Below, in pieces: positions 15,755 to 24,761 of a stretch of DNA of 32,000 bases. How positions within the stretch are numbered: the first letter of the stretch is position 1; every line of letters starts with the position of its first letter. Both the position numbers and the translations under genes were made by a program. The DNA lies in assembly GCF_033088395.1 (NCBI RefSeq), contig NZ_JAPMIW010000016.1, positions 1 through 32,000 on the forward strand. The letters run 5' to 3'. Origin of the DNA: Sporosarcina sp. GW1-11. Lineage in GTDB: Bacteria > Bacillota > Bacilli > Bacillales_A > Planococcaceae. The notes beneath the pieces were generated by a model. That model ran no database searches. It had not been told where the DNA came from and saw only the letters and a program-made list of their open reading frames with translations.

Positions 15755-15983
15755 GTTAGAAGCAGATTTCACGCTCGATCTCCGAGGGGAATCCTGTCCC
15801 TATCCCGTTATTTATACGTTAGAGGCGCTTGAAGGGATGAATAAAGGCGAGTTGCTACAAGTCATTACCGATTGCCCGGGCTCTTTCCGTAACGTACCGG
15901 AAGAAGCACTGGCGCACGGCTACACGTTTGCACAAGATCCTGTAAAGAACGGACAGGAATATCTTTTTTATATTTACGCATGA
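15744..15983 (+). CDS. yeeD: TusA-like sulfurtransferase (YeeD/TsuB-like)
   Basis: 79 aa with LDLRGESCPYPV (the CPxP active-site motif of TusA/SirA). It overlaps the yeeE 3' end by 11 nt. Confidence 0.85.
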   Translation: MQAELEADFTLDLRGESCPYPVIYTLEALEGMNKGELLQVITDCPGSFRNVPEEALAHGYTFAQDPVKNGQEYLFYIYA

Positions 15984-15986
15984 GAA

Positions 15987-16020
15987 AAGGCAGAAATCCA
16001 CTTGGGCTTCTGCCTTTTTC
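15987..16020. terminator. Terminator between convergent yeeD and the nitronate monooxygenase gene
   Basis: AAGGCAGAA / TTCTGCCTT stem followed by TTTTT. A short A-run on the other side allows weaker minus-strand use. Confidence 0.75.
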
Positions 16021-16103
16021 ACTTTACGTTCCACACCAACTAATTACAGCTAGTTGTTACATAGTCATTTCCTTACTCTTTGCCAAAGTTATACGATTTG
16101 GCT

Positions 16104-17051
16104 TCATATCAGCTCTAATGCTCTAGTGCACGCTTGTTTTGCTTCTAGCATCATCTGCTCCAGTAGCTCTTGGACGGATGGGACGTCGTTAATCATTCCG
16201 GCGACCTGTCCGCTATTTATAAATCCTTGCTCCATATTTCCTTCGATAGCTCCTAATACATGTTGAGCCTCAGTTGTCGCCTCGTCAAACTCCGCTAGTG
16301 TCAATCCTTCTTTTTCACGCTTCTTAAGTGCTGTTACATAATCGTTTTTCAAAACCCTTCTCACCCGTCCCACGTTACGTCCAATAATTACAGTCTCTAC
16401 ATCGGTTGCATCTACTAATCGTTGCTTGTACAATTCGTGTACTTGCATTTCTTTTGTAGCAATCAAGCGAGTACCCATTTGTACGCCTTTCGCCCCTAAA
16501 ACAATAGCTGCCGCAAGTCCTTTTCCGTCCCCTATTCCTCCAGCTGCTGCAACAGGAATACTCACATTTGCTGTAATTTGTGGTATTAGCGTCATAGTAG
16601 TCAATTCCAAAGGAGAATTGATTCCTGCAGCTTCAAACCCTTCTGCTACTAAAATATCTGCTCCCGCCTCTTCCGCTTTAATTGCGTGCTTAACGGAAGC
16701 AACTATAGTGATAACCTTGATTCCTCGATCGTGTAAAAGCGAAATATATGGTGTTGGATTTCCCGCTGATAAGGACACAACAGGCACCTGATGTTTGATA
16801 ACTAATTCAATTAATTGCTCCGTATGGGGCGTTACATTTATCGCAATATTTATTGCAAACGGACATGAAGTCAGTGCTTTCAGCTCTAAAATTTTACGTT
16901 CAACCGCCTCCACACTTAATGTTCCACAACCAATTGTTCCAAGGCCGCCCGCATTTGAAACTGCAGCCGCTAATTTGGGACTACTAATATTCCCCATGCC
17001 TCCTTGAATAATTGGAAGTTGGATAGATAACACATTACATAACACATTCAT
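16104..17051 (-). CDS. Nitronate monooxygenase / FabK-like FMN oxidoreductase (NMO family)
   Basis: IQGGMGNIS...AAVSNAGGLGTIG N-terminus and later GGIGDG are typical of NMO. Start set to the ATG (MNVLCNV) with AAGAGGTG 6 nt upstream. The track's GTG start abuts the SD. Confidence 0.85.
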   Translation of the reverse strand: MNVLCNVLSIQLPIIQGGMGNISSPKLAAAVSNAGGLGTIGCGTLSVEAVERKILELKALTSCPFAINIAINVTPHTEQLIELVIKHQVPVVSLSAGNPTPYISLLHDRGIKVITIVASVKHAIKAEEAGADILVAEGFEAAGINSPLELTTMTLIPQITANVSIPVAAAGGIGDGKGLAAAIVLGAKGVQMGTRLIATKEMQVHELYKQRLVDATDVETVIIGRNVGRVRRVLKNDYVTALKKREKEGLTLAEFDEATTEAQHVLGAIEGNMEQGFINSGQVAGMINDVPSVQELLEQMMLEAKQACTRALELI

Positions 17052-17115
17052 GTTAGACACCTCTTTTTATGTTATAATTTATCATATAATTTCATTAGAT
17101 TGGAGGAGAATGTTC

Positions 17116-17643
17116 ATGCTTATACCTTATAACGAAAAACACCCGACAGTCGATTCTTCAGCCTTCATTGCACCTGGCACATATATTATCGGTGACGTAA
17201 CCATCGGAGCAGAATCTACTATCTGGTTCAATTCTGTACTTCGCGGGGACGAGGGTACTATTACGATCGGCAAACGTTGCAGTATTCAAGATAATTCCAC
17301 CATCCATTTATATGAAGATGCACCTGTCGTAGTGGAAGACGAAGTTACAGTTGGGCACAATGTCGTCTTGCATGGTTGTCGAATTCAAAAGCGCTCTATT
17401 ATCGGGATGGGATCCACGATTCTTGATCATGCTGATATCGGTGAAGAATGCATTATTGGTGCCAATACACTGATTCCTTCAGGAAAAGTTATTCCACCAC
17501 GTTCGCTAGTGATTGGGTCACCTGGAAAAGTCATACGGGAATTGAATGATAAAGACATTGAACTTATTCAATTATCTATTGACACATATGTCCAAAAAGG
17601 AAAAGATTTCAATGCCATTTTACGTGACGAATTAAATATCTAA
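17116..17643 (+). CDS. paaY: Hexapeptide-repeat gamma-carbonic-anhydrase-like protein, PaaY-type (by context)
   Basis: 175 aa from MLIPYNEKHPTVDSSAFIAPGTYIIGDVTIG (GGAGGAG 7 nt upstream). It has left-handed beta-helix repeats and conserved His residues (HLYED, GHNVVLHG). It is adjacent to paaX and the paa genes. Confidence 0.75.
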   Translation: MLIPYNEKHPTVDSSAFIAPGTYIIGDVTIGAESTIWFNSVLRGDEGTITIGKRCSIQDNSTIHLYEDAPVVVEDEVTVGHNVVLHGCRIQKRSIIGMGSTILDHADIGEECIIGANTLIPSGKVIPPRSLVIGSPGKVIRELNDKDIELIQLSIDTYVQKGKDFNAILRDELNI

Positions 17644-17671
17644 TGCTATTTTGAAAATCTTTTTCTTAATG

Positions 17672-17709
17672 AAAAACCGGGAGTCACTAAAAAGTGCTCA
17701 CGGTTTTTT
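17672..17709. terminator. Bidirectional terminator between convergent paaY and paaX
   Basis: AAAAACCG-GAGtCAC / GTGCTC-CGGTTTTT composite stem, flanked by an A-run and a T-run. It overlaps the paaX stop codon. Confidence 0.7.
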
Positions 17710-18601
17710 ACTCTCTAATAATCATTGGATAGTCTTCTGCATTATACGCTTCATCTTTGCGACTCAAATCATTATCTTTTTCAAAGACATGTTCAAAGAA
17801 ACGGCTAGCCGGTTCAGCAAGCAATTTATAGTACTGGGCAAATAAATGGGCAGAATGACTTCCACTCCACATATCGGGAAGCAATTCTTTTGGAAGGCCT
17901 GGATCTATGAACAAAAACTTTCTGTATTCATGTACCAAATTTGTGCGCTCTACAAAGCACTGAGCATCCGACATCTGTCCGCTTTCCATAGCACTTGTGG
18001 CAATAATAAACTGCTTGCTATACGTTGTAATGAATTGCTCATACTTTTCCTCTATTTCCTCAAGTGGCCAACTCTTTGCGACTAACTCATGATTCGACTT
18101 TGGTCCCTGATGTTCGGAAATGAATAAATCAACATAGTCCTCAATCTCATACTTTTCGATTAAAAGTTGCACTTCTTTCGCCAAGTCATTTGGCGTAATC
18201 CAACAACCGTTGGCAAAGTTACCAAAACCACTCCATAAAAGTTCTTTTCGCAATTCATCCCTAATTTGGCGTTTATCTTCAGGGATCGTGTACATTAACA
18301 TACGCCACTTACCGTCCCAATTATGAGGCTCCAATTTAAAAATCCGCGATGCTGCTTCCGTGATACGGGAAACGCCCCGCTTCGTTAAATAATAATAACT
18401 TTTTCTACCATCTCGCTCAGTCTCAAACCATCCTTGCTTCATCATACGAGAAAGTACAACACGCACAGCTTGCTCATTATGGCCAAACTCTTTCATCAAT
18501 TGGATTAAACTACCAATCCAAATTTTGTTTCCGTAATGACGAACGTAGTCACCAAAAATAGTAAAAATCATAGATTGTGTATTAGAGATAGAAAAAACCA
18601 C
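17708..18601 (-). CDS. paaX: Phenylacetic acid degradation operon repressor PaaX
   Basis: IFTIFGDYVRHYGNKIWIGSLIQLMKEFGHNEQAVRVVLSRMMKQGWFETERDGRKSYYYLTKRG is the PaaX winged-helix N-domain, followed by a PaaX C-domain. The start is uncertain: the only in-frame upstream start is a GTG at 18601 with no properly spaced SD. The alternative is the ATG at 18571. Confidence 0.85.
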   Translation of the reverse strand: MVFSISNTQSMIFTIFGDYVRHYGNKIWIGSLIQLMKEFGHNEQAVRVVLSRMMKQGWFETERDGRKSYYYLTKRGVSRITEAASRIFKLEPHNWDGKWRMLMYTIPEDKRQIRDELRKELLWSGFGNFANGCWITPNDLAKEVQLLIEKYEIEDYVDLFISEHQGPKSNHELVAKSWPLEEIEEKYEQFITTYSKQFIIATSAMESGQMSDAQCFVERTNLVHEYRKFLFIDPGLPKELLPDMWSGSHSAHLFAQYYKLLAEPASRFFEHVFEKDNDLSRKDEAYNAEDYPMIIRE

Positions 18602-18633
18602 TCTTTCGTTAAATTATTGGGTTCCTTCTTTCT

Positions 18634-18663
18634 ATTATAACCATTCGCCAATAATGATGACAA
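18634..18663 (-). promoter_or_regulatory. Candidate sigma-A promoter of paaX
   Basis: On the minus strand TTGTCA (18663-18658), 18-bp spacer, TATAAT (18639-18634), in the 64-bp gap after the crotonase gene. Confidence 0.5.
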
Positions 18664-18665
18664 GC

Positions 18666-19445
18666 TTATCTCCCTTGAAATACAGGATCCCGCTTCTCGT
18701 TGAATGCTTGTAAAGCCTCGATACGATCTATAGTGGGGATGACTAGTTCATACGCTTTTGTTTCAATTGCAAGACCTGTGCGCAAATCGGTATTTAGACC
18801 TTCATTGATCGCATATTTAGCTTGCTTGATTGCAACGGGACCATTTTTCATGATCGCATCCGCCAACTCTTCACATGATGCAATCAATTCATCCCATGCC
18901 ACAACCTTCAAAACTATACCGAGCTCCAACGCTTCAGAAGCTTTTAAGCGTTTGGCTGTAAAGATTAATTCTTTCGCCTTCATTTCTCCTACTAATCGTG
19001 GCAATCTTTGCGTGCCACCTGCTCCCGGAATGATAGCCCAACTTGTCTCCGTCAAACCTAATGTTGCATTCGTGGTCGCAATAGCAAAATCACAGGCAAG
19101 CATCAACTCGAAACCACCACCGAGCGCATGACCATTCACAGCAGCAATTGTCGGCTGTGGTAGCTCAGCTATACTATTGAACACATCTCGTATCGCTTTA
19201 ACATTACGTCGGACTTCCGATTCATTTAGAGTTTTACGCTCTTTCAAATCTGCGCCTGCACTGAAGGCCTTCTTCCCAGCTCCCGTGAATATTACCACTC
19301 TCACTTCGGGATCAATATGAAGAGCATTTACTACTTCCTGTAACTCTACCAGCGCTGAATAATTAAAGCAGTTTAAGGCCTCAGCGCGATTAATTGTTAC
19401 ATAAGCAATTTGATTCTTTTTTTCCAATAAGATTGACTTCATCAT
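18666..19445 (-). CDS. Enoyl-CoA hydratase/isomerase (crotonase) family protein, third paralogue in the cluster and candidate oxepin-CoA hydrolase
   Basis: 259 aa. Crotonase fold motifs FSAGADL, AAVNGHALGGGFELMLACD, ETSWAIIPGAGGTQRL. Confidence 0.8.
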   Translation of the reverse strand: MMKSILLEKKNQIAYVTINRAEALNCFNYSALVELQEVVNALHIDPEVRVVIFTGAGKKAFSAGADLKERKTLNESEVRRNVKAIRDVFNSIAELPQPTIAAVNGHALGGGFELMLACDFAIATTNATLGLTETSWAIIPGAGGTQRLPRLVGEMKAKELIFTAKRLKASEALELGIVLKVVAWDELIASCEELADAIMKNGPVAIKQAKYAINEGLNTDLRTGLAIETKAYELVIPTIDRIEALQAFNEKRDPVFQGR

Positions 19446-19498
19446 TCACACTCCTAGAAATGAAAAATAAAAGTTCACTCGCTTTTTAGTAATTCCTC

Positions 19499-20704
19499 TT
19501 AACTTTCAGCTCTTTCTACAATCATTGCAATTCCTTGTCCAACACCTATGCACATCGTTGCCAAGCCATATTGCGTATCTCGTTTATTCATCTCGTAGAT
19601 TAATGACATTAAAATACGGGCACCGCTAGCTCCGAGCGGATGTCCAAACGCGATTGCACCACCGTTTACATTGACTTTACTTTGATCTAATTCCAACTGA
19701 CGAATACACTCAAGTGACTGAGAAGCAAACGCTTCATTTAATTCAACTAATCCTATATCATCCACTGTCAAACCTGCTCGTTGTATCGCCTTACGAGACG
19801 CGTATATTGGTCCAAGGCCCATAACCGCCGGCTCAAGTCCTGCCACTGCACCTACTACATATCTTGCGAGTGGCTTCAAGCCTAGTTCTTTCGCTCTTTT
19901 TGCACTCATAACAAGAAGTGCTGCTGCTCCATCATTTACCCCGGATGCATTTCCCGCCGTCACTGTGCCACCTTCAAAAATTGGCCGTAATTTCCCCAGT
20001 GCTTCCAATGTTGTTTCGGGACGTGGGTGTTCATCTTTATCTACAATAACTTCATTACCTTTTCGATCTTTATATACAACTGGCACAATTTCTTGATTGA
20101 ATACACCTTCCTCAATTGCTTGTCTTGCCCGAAGCTGACTTTCGTAGGCAAATGCATCTTGCTCCGCACGGGAAACACTGTAGCGTTCTGCCACATTTTC
20201 AGCTGTCTTCGGCATCGTATCAGAACCATACATTTCTTCTAATTTTTTATTCGTAAACCGCCAGCCGATGGTTGTATCGTGCATTTTCATATCGCCGCGC
20301 GGGAACTCAGTTTCTGGTTTTCCCATAACAAATGGTGCACGCGTCATGCTTTCTGTACCACCTGCGATGAAGATGTCTCCTTCTCCAGCCATAATAGCTC
20401 TTGCCGCATACATAACAGCGTCAAGACCTGAACCGCATAGGCGATTGATTGTCGTCCCTCCAACTTCTACTGGTAAGCCAGCAAGTAATGCCGACATGCG
20501 AGCAACATTACGATTGTCTTCACCGGCTTGGTTTGCGTTTCCAAACACTACCTCTTCGATTTCACCGGCAGGAAGACTTGGATTTCTGTCAAGTAGTGCT
20601 TTGATCACCGTTGCGCCAAGATCATCGGGTCGAATGGATTTCAGAGCTCCTTTATATCTGCCAAACGGGGTACGTACCGCGTCAATGATTACGACTTCAT
20701 TCAT
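19499..20704 (-). CDS. paaJ: 3-oxoadipyl-CoA / 3-oxo-5,6-dehydrosuberyl-CoA thiolase
   Basis: 401 aa thiolase. Active-site Cys in [34 protein letters not shown]. It overlaps paaH by 4 nt. Confidence 0.85.
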   Translation of the reverse strand: MNEVVIIDAVRTPFGRYKGALKSIRPDDLGATVIKALLDRNPSLPAGEIEEVVFGNANQAGEDNRNVARMSALLAGLPVEVGGTTINRLCGSGLDAVMYAARAIMAGEGDIFIAGGTESMTRAPFVMGKPETEFPRGDMKMHDTTIGWRFTNKKLEEMYGSDTMPKTAENVAERYSVSRAEQDAFAYESQLRARQAIEEGVFNQEIVPVVYKDRKGNEVIVDKDEHPRPETTLEALGKLRPIFEGGTVTAGNASGVNDGAAALLVMSAKRAKELGLKPLARYVVGAVAGLEPAVMGLGPIYASRKAIQRAGLTVDDIGLVELNEAFASQSLECIRQLELDQSKVNVNGGAIAFGHPLGASGARILMSLIYEMNKRDTQYGLATMCIGVGQGIAMIVERAES

Positions 20705-21573
20705 GATTTCACCTGCTCCTTTTTGTCTGTATAGTCATAAATACCTTTTCCGCTCTTTCTTCCAAGTCGACCTGCTTTGACGTATTGTTCCAGTAGTGGA
20801 GCAGGTCGATATTTCTCGCCTAGTTTTTCATGCAAATACTTTAAGTTATTTAATCGTGCATCAAGTCCGACCAAGTCAACTAATTCAAATGGCCCCATAG
20901 GATAGTTCAAGCCCAATTTGATAGCTTTATCAATTTCTTCCGGAGTGCCCAAGCCTTCTTGCAACATATAAAATGCTTCATTTCCAACTAGTGCACTAAT
21001 ACGACTCGTAACAAACCCTGGGAACTCATTGATCACAACAGTCTCTTTCCCCATTTGTATCGCTACATTTTTAATCACTTCTGCTGTTTCATCACTTGTT
21101 TCTAGTCCACGTATAATTTCTACAAGAGGCATTTTATGTACGGGGTTAAAAAAGTGCATCGCGATAGTACGTTCAGGACGTTGGCAATATGAAGCGATTT
21201 CAGTCGGGCTCATTGTAGATGTATTTGTGGCAAAGTAGCAGGTAGAAGGCGCATTTTCATCGATCGTTTTAAATACTTCCTTTTTGATATCTGCCACCTC
21301 TGGGACAGCTTCAATAACAAGGTCAGCTGTTTTTGCAGCTTTCTTCAAATCTGTTTCGTAATACAGATGATTACGGACTTCTTCTGCTACCTTCTGAGTA
21401 ATTTTCTTACGATCCAAACCTTTGGTAATAATAGAATCAATCTCACCTTCTGCGTTTGCCAGAGCATGCTGGTTTATGTCCACAATAGTGACAGCATAGC
21501 CACCTAACGCACCGACATACGCAATTCCTCTTCCCATAACGCCAGAACCAACGACCACGATGTTTTTAATCAT
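20701..21573 (-). CDS. paaH: 3-hydroxyacyl-CoA (3-hydroxyadipyl-CoA) dehydrogenase
   Basis: 290 aa. Rossmann motif VVGSGVMGRGIA, then NTS...HFFNP and a C-terminal dimerisation domain typical of the Hbd/PaaH family. Confidence 0.85.
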   Translation of the reverse strand: MIKNIVVVGSGVMGRGIAYVGALGGYAVTIVDINQHALANAEGEIDSIITKGLDRKKITQKVAEEVRNHLYYETDLKKAAKTADLVIEAVPEVADIKKEVFKTIDENAPSTCYFATNTSTMSPTEIASYCQRPERTIAMHFFNPVHKMPLVEIIRGLETSDETAEVIKNVAIQMGKETVVINEFPGFVTSRISALVGNEAFYMLQEGLGTPEEIDKAIKLGLNYPMGPFELVDLVGLDARLNNLKYLHEKLGEKYRPAPLLEQYVKAGRLGRKSGKGIYDYTDKKEQVKS

Positions 21574-21616
21574 GTTGCTTCCCCCTTTTATATTAGAATT
21601 CTAATTTGATAGTAAG

Positions 21617-21652
21617 AAGGAACAGAGGCCCAATAACTAGCCCCTGTTCCTT
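21617..21652 (-). other. Intercistronic stem-loop between the aldehyde dehydrogenase gene and paaH
   Basis: AAGGAACAGAGGC / GCCCCTGTTCCTT 13-bp stem. Its single irregular position is an A-C mismatch on the plus strand and a G-U pair on the minus strand, so it probably folds in the mRNA. There is no clean U-tract, so it is a partial terminator or a stabiliser. Confidence 0.5.
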
Positions 21653-21668
21653 TATGGTACATTGTTTT

Positions 21669-23183
21669 TTACAAACCAAATGGATTCAATGGACGAGAGC
21701 CAAAGTAAGACATGATACTTTTCGTCTCTGAGTAAAGATCCAATGTTTCAATGGAAAGTTCACGACCAAATCCTGATTGTTTGTATCCTCCGAAAGGTGT
21801 TCCAGGGAACGCGGAGAAAGGTGAGTTGATCATCACGATACCTGCTTGGATTTGTTTAGCCACACGCGTTGCACGTGCACCGTCTTTAGACCAAACAGAT
21901 GATGCAAGACCGAAATCAGAGTCATTCGCTAGTTTTACCGCTTCTTTTTCATTTGAGAATTTAGATAATACAACTACAGGTCCAAAGATTTCTTCTTGCA
22001 CTACGCGCATCTCTTGTGTAACATTTCCAATTACTGTCGGTGCATACCAAAAGCCGTTTTCAAAACCTTCAGGATGTAGCTGTTTGCCGCCAGCCAAAAC
22101 TTCTGCCCCTTCATCAATTGCTGATTGCACGTATTCTTTAACTGTATCTAATTGTCCTTGGTCAATTACCGCTCCAACATGAGTTTCTTTGCTGAATGGA
22201 TCGCCAAGTACAATACGGTTTGTCTTTTCAACAAACTTTTCTACGAACTCATCGTAGACATCTTCGTGAATATAAATGCGGGAACGTGCATCGCAGGATT
22301 GACCTGTATTGTTGTAAATACCGTAAATAGAGCAGTCTACTGCTTGATCGATGTCTGCATCTTCAAAGATTAGGCTCGGTGATTTTCCGCCAAGCTCTAA
22401 TGTTACACGTTTCAATGTTCCAGAAGCGCGAGACATGATATCTTTTCCGATTGGGGTAGATCCTGTGAACGCTACTTTGTTCACTAATTCATGTTCAACA
22501 AGGAAGTTACCGATCTCTGATCCAGATCCCGGTAAGATGTTCACTACGCCTTCTGGAACGCCTGCTTCATGACAAATTTCACCTAACACAATTGCTGTAA
22601 GTGGCGTCAAAGATGCTGGTTTGATGATTACTGAACAGCCTGCCGCTAGTGCCGGCGCAACTTTCCAAGCCGCCATCATTAGTGGGTAATTCCACGGGAT
22701 AATTTGTGCACATACACCAACTGGCTCTTTTTCAGTATAGTTTTGAAATTGACCTGGCACATTGTTAACAGAGCCACGATGCGCAACTATTGCACCTGCA
22801 TAAAACTCAAAGTCTTCTACTGCCTGGTTAATTTGTGCTTGTGCTGCCCCAATTGACTTTCCTGTGTTTAGCACTTCTAATTCTACTAATTCGTTAAAGC
22901 GACTTCTCATAATAGCGGCGATTTTATTAAGAACGCGTGCGCGACGCCCAGTAGGTGTAATCTTCCACTTCCCATTGTCAAATGCGTTGCGTGCAGCTTC
23001 AACCGCACGTTGTGCATCTTCCTTAGTCGCTTTTGCAACCTCCGCAAGAACTTCACCTGTTGCTGGATTATAAACTTTTGTACGAGCGCCGTTACTACTT
23101 TCCACCTGTTCACCATTGATAAATAGTTTATAAAAATCACGCTTCATAGCTTGTGCTTTTTCTTGTTCTTGAACTTTTGTCAT
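21669..23183 (-). CDS. NAD(P)-dependent aldehyde dehydrogenase, candidate 3-oxo-5,6-dehydrosuberyl-CoA semialdehyde dehydrogenase (stand-alone equivalent of the PaaZ ALDH domain)
   Basis: 504 aa. ALDH motifs FTGSTPIGK, ELGGKSP, catalytic Cys in NTGQSCDARSR, EEIFGPV. AAGGAGGAAG SD upstream. Confidence 0.85.
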   Translation of the reverse strand: MTKVQEQEKAQAMKRDFYKLFINGEQVESSNGARTKVYNPATGEVLAEVAKATKEDAQRAVEAARNAFDNGKWKITPTGRRARVLNKIAAIMRSRFNELVELEVLNTGKSIGAAQAQINQAVEDFEFYAGAIVAHRGSVNNVPGQFQNYTEKEPVGVCAQIIPWNYPLMMAAWKVAPALAAGCSVIIKPASLTPLTAIVLGEICHEAGVPEGVVNILPGSGSEIGNFLVEHELVNKVAFTGSTPIGKDIMSRASGTLKRVTLELGGKSPSLIFEDADIDQAVDCSIYGIYNNTGQSCDARSRIYIHEDVYDEFVEKFVEKTNRIVLGDPFSKETHVGAVIDQGQLDTVKEYVQSAIDEGAEVLAGGKQLHPEGFENGFWYAPTVIGNVTQEMRVVQEEIFGPVVVLSKFSNEKEAVKLANDSDFGLASSVWSKDGARATRVAKQIQAGIVMINSPFSAFPGTPFGGYKQSGFGRELSIETLDLYSETKSIMSYFGSRPLNPFGL

Positions 23184-23197
23184 TATACTTCCTCCTT

Positions 23198-23971
23198 TTA
23201 TTTACCAATGAATTCAGGTGTTCTTTTACTTTTAAATGCTTCTACACCTTCACGGTGATCTGCAGTCAACCCAGCAATTCGCTGACCTTCCGCTTCACGC
23301 TGAAGAAATGTTTCGAATGGCAATGTCTGAGCTTCATTTAATCCTCTTTTAATCAAGCCGATTGCCTTTGTTGGTAACATAGCAATTCGCTTTGCAAATG
23401 CTGCTATTTCTGCGTCAAAATCTTCTTGTGGGATAACTTTCGTTGCCAATCCCAAATCCAGTGCCTGCATCGCAGTAACTTTTTCACCCAAGATTGAAAT
23501 TTCTGCCGCCTTTGCCGTTCCCACCAATTGCGATAAATAATACAAATTTCCACTGTCAGGAATGAGCCCTACATGAATAAATGCGTTTATATAACTGGCC
23601 TTCTCAGACATCAAACGGAAATCACACGCGAGAGCAAGACTAAATCCTGCACCCGCTGCCACTCCATTTACTGCTGCTATAATTGGCTTTTCTGATTTCT
23701 TTATTTCCAAAACCATTGGACCGTAATGGTCTCTAAGTACTTGTCCATGATCCATATTCTCGTCAACTTCAGATAGATCTTGACCGGAACAGAATGCTCT
23801 GCCCGCACCTTTTATGACGATACATCTTGCATTGTCATCCTTTGATGCCTTACGTAACGCTTCTTTAACTTCACGGTTCATTTGTGCTACGAAAGCGTTT
23901 AATTTATCAGGACGATTCAATGTTATCCAAGCAATACCATCCTCTAGTTCGTATTGAATCGTTTCAAACAT
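23198..23971 (-). CDS. paaG: 1,2-epoxyphenylacetyl-CoA isomerase (crotonase family)
   Basis: 258 aa from MFETIQYELEDGIAWITLNRP (AAGGAG 8 nt upstream). It matches remembered E. coli PaaG blocks: CSGQDL, AAVNGVAAGAGFSLALACD, GLIPDSG, ADHREGVEAFKSKRTPEFIGK. The longer track ORF is an artefactual 5' extension. Confidence 0.85.
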   Translation of the reverse strand: MFETIQYELEDGIAWITLNRPDKLNAFVAQMNREVKEALRKASKDDNARCIVIKGAGRAFCSGQDLSEVDENMDHGQVLRDHYGPMVLEIKKSEKPIIAAVNGVAAGAGFSLALACDFRLMSEKASYINAFIHVGLIPDSGNLYYLSQLVGTAKAAEISILGEKVTAMQALDLGLATKVIPQEDFDAEIAAFAKRIAMLPTKAIGLIKRGLNEAQTLPFETFLQREAEGQRIAGLTADHREGVEAFKSKRTPEFIGK

Positions 23972-23984
23972 TAAGATCGTCTCC

Positions 23985-24761
23985 TTATTTCCCTTGATAT
24001 ATCGGTTTTCTCTTTTCGACAAAAGCTTGCATTCCCTCTTTTTGGTCTTCAGATGAAAATAACAGATAGAAATTCTTTCGTTCATACTGCATGCCTTCAT
24101 ACAATGAATAATCAACCGCCTTATTCACTGAGTCTTTAATCATCCGAAGAGCAAGTGGTGGCATTCCAGCTAATTTTTCTGCAAACCGCAGAGCTTCCTC
24201 ATGTAATACTTCAGCAGAGACGATTCGGTTGATCACTCTATGCTTCAGTAATTCTTCAGCCTTGATTCGTTCACCGGTCCATAGCCACTCTATTGCTTTC
24301 GTACGACCAACAAGCTTAGTCAAACGCTGTGTCCCACCAGCTCCTGGCATGACGCCAAGACTCACTTCCGGAAATGAAAACTCTGTTCCATTTGCGGCTA
24401 GTAGAATATCGCAACAAAGAGCAAGCTCAAAACCTCCGCCAAAGACAAATCCATGAACTGCACCGATGACGGGTTTTTTGATCAGAGGAATTTGATCCCA
24501 GTCGGCAAACTGATTCAACAGTTCAAGACTCATCGAATCCGCTCCTGCCATCTCATCTATATCAGCACCAGATGAAAAAGCCTTTCCTCTGCCAGCAAGC
24601 AAAATTACGCGTACTTCGTCATTCCGATCAAACGACTGCATCGCTTCCAAAATTTCACGGACCATTTCACGATTCAATGAATTTAATTGTTTAGGTCTGT
24701 TCAATTCAATCAAGCCAATTCGCTGATCAACCGATGTTTCTATGAATTTGTAGACTGTCAT
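23985..24761 (-). CDS. paaF: 2,3-dehydroadipyl-CoA hydratase-like enoyl-CoA hydratase
   Basis: 258 aa. SSGADIDEM, GAVHGFVFGGGFELALCCD, PEVSLGVMPGAGGTQRL, EDQKEGMQAFVEKRKP: PaaF-like crotonase blocks. Confidence 0.8.
   Translation of the reverse strand: MTVYKFIETSVDQRIGLIELNRPKQLNSLNREMVREILEAMQSFDRNDEVRVILLAGRGKAFSSGADIDEMAGADSMSLELLNQFADWDQIPLIKKPVIGAVHGFVFGGGFELALCCDILLAANGTEFSFPEVSLGVMPGAGGTQRLTKLVGRTKAIEWLWTGERIKAEELLKHRVINRIVSAEVLHEEALRFAEKLAGMPPLALRMIKDSVNKAVDYSLYEGMQYERKNFYLLFSSEDQKEGMQAFVEKRKPIYQGK

Noticed and set aside
23972-24115. 5' extension of the paaG ORF (track ORF 23198-24115), and similar extensions of the ABC ATPase (1923-2006), permease (2956-2970), opuFA (3043-3102), topB (6592-6618), abgT (12782-12796), membrane protein (12067-12099), paaY (17050-17115), paaC (26418-26438) and the binding protein (30650-30670)
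   Set aside because: In every case an internal ATG has a canonical SD at 6-10 nt, matches the family N-terminus and removes an overlap with the upstream gene. The extensions are longest-ORF artefacts.
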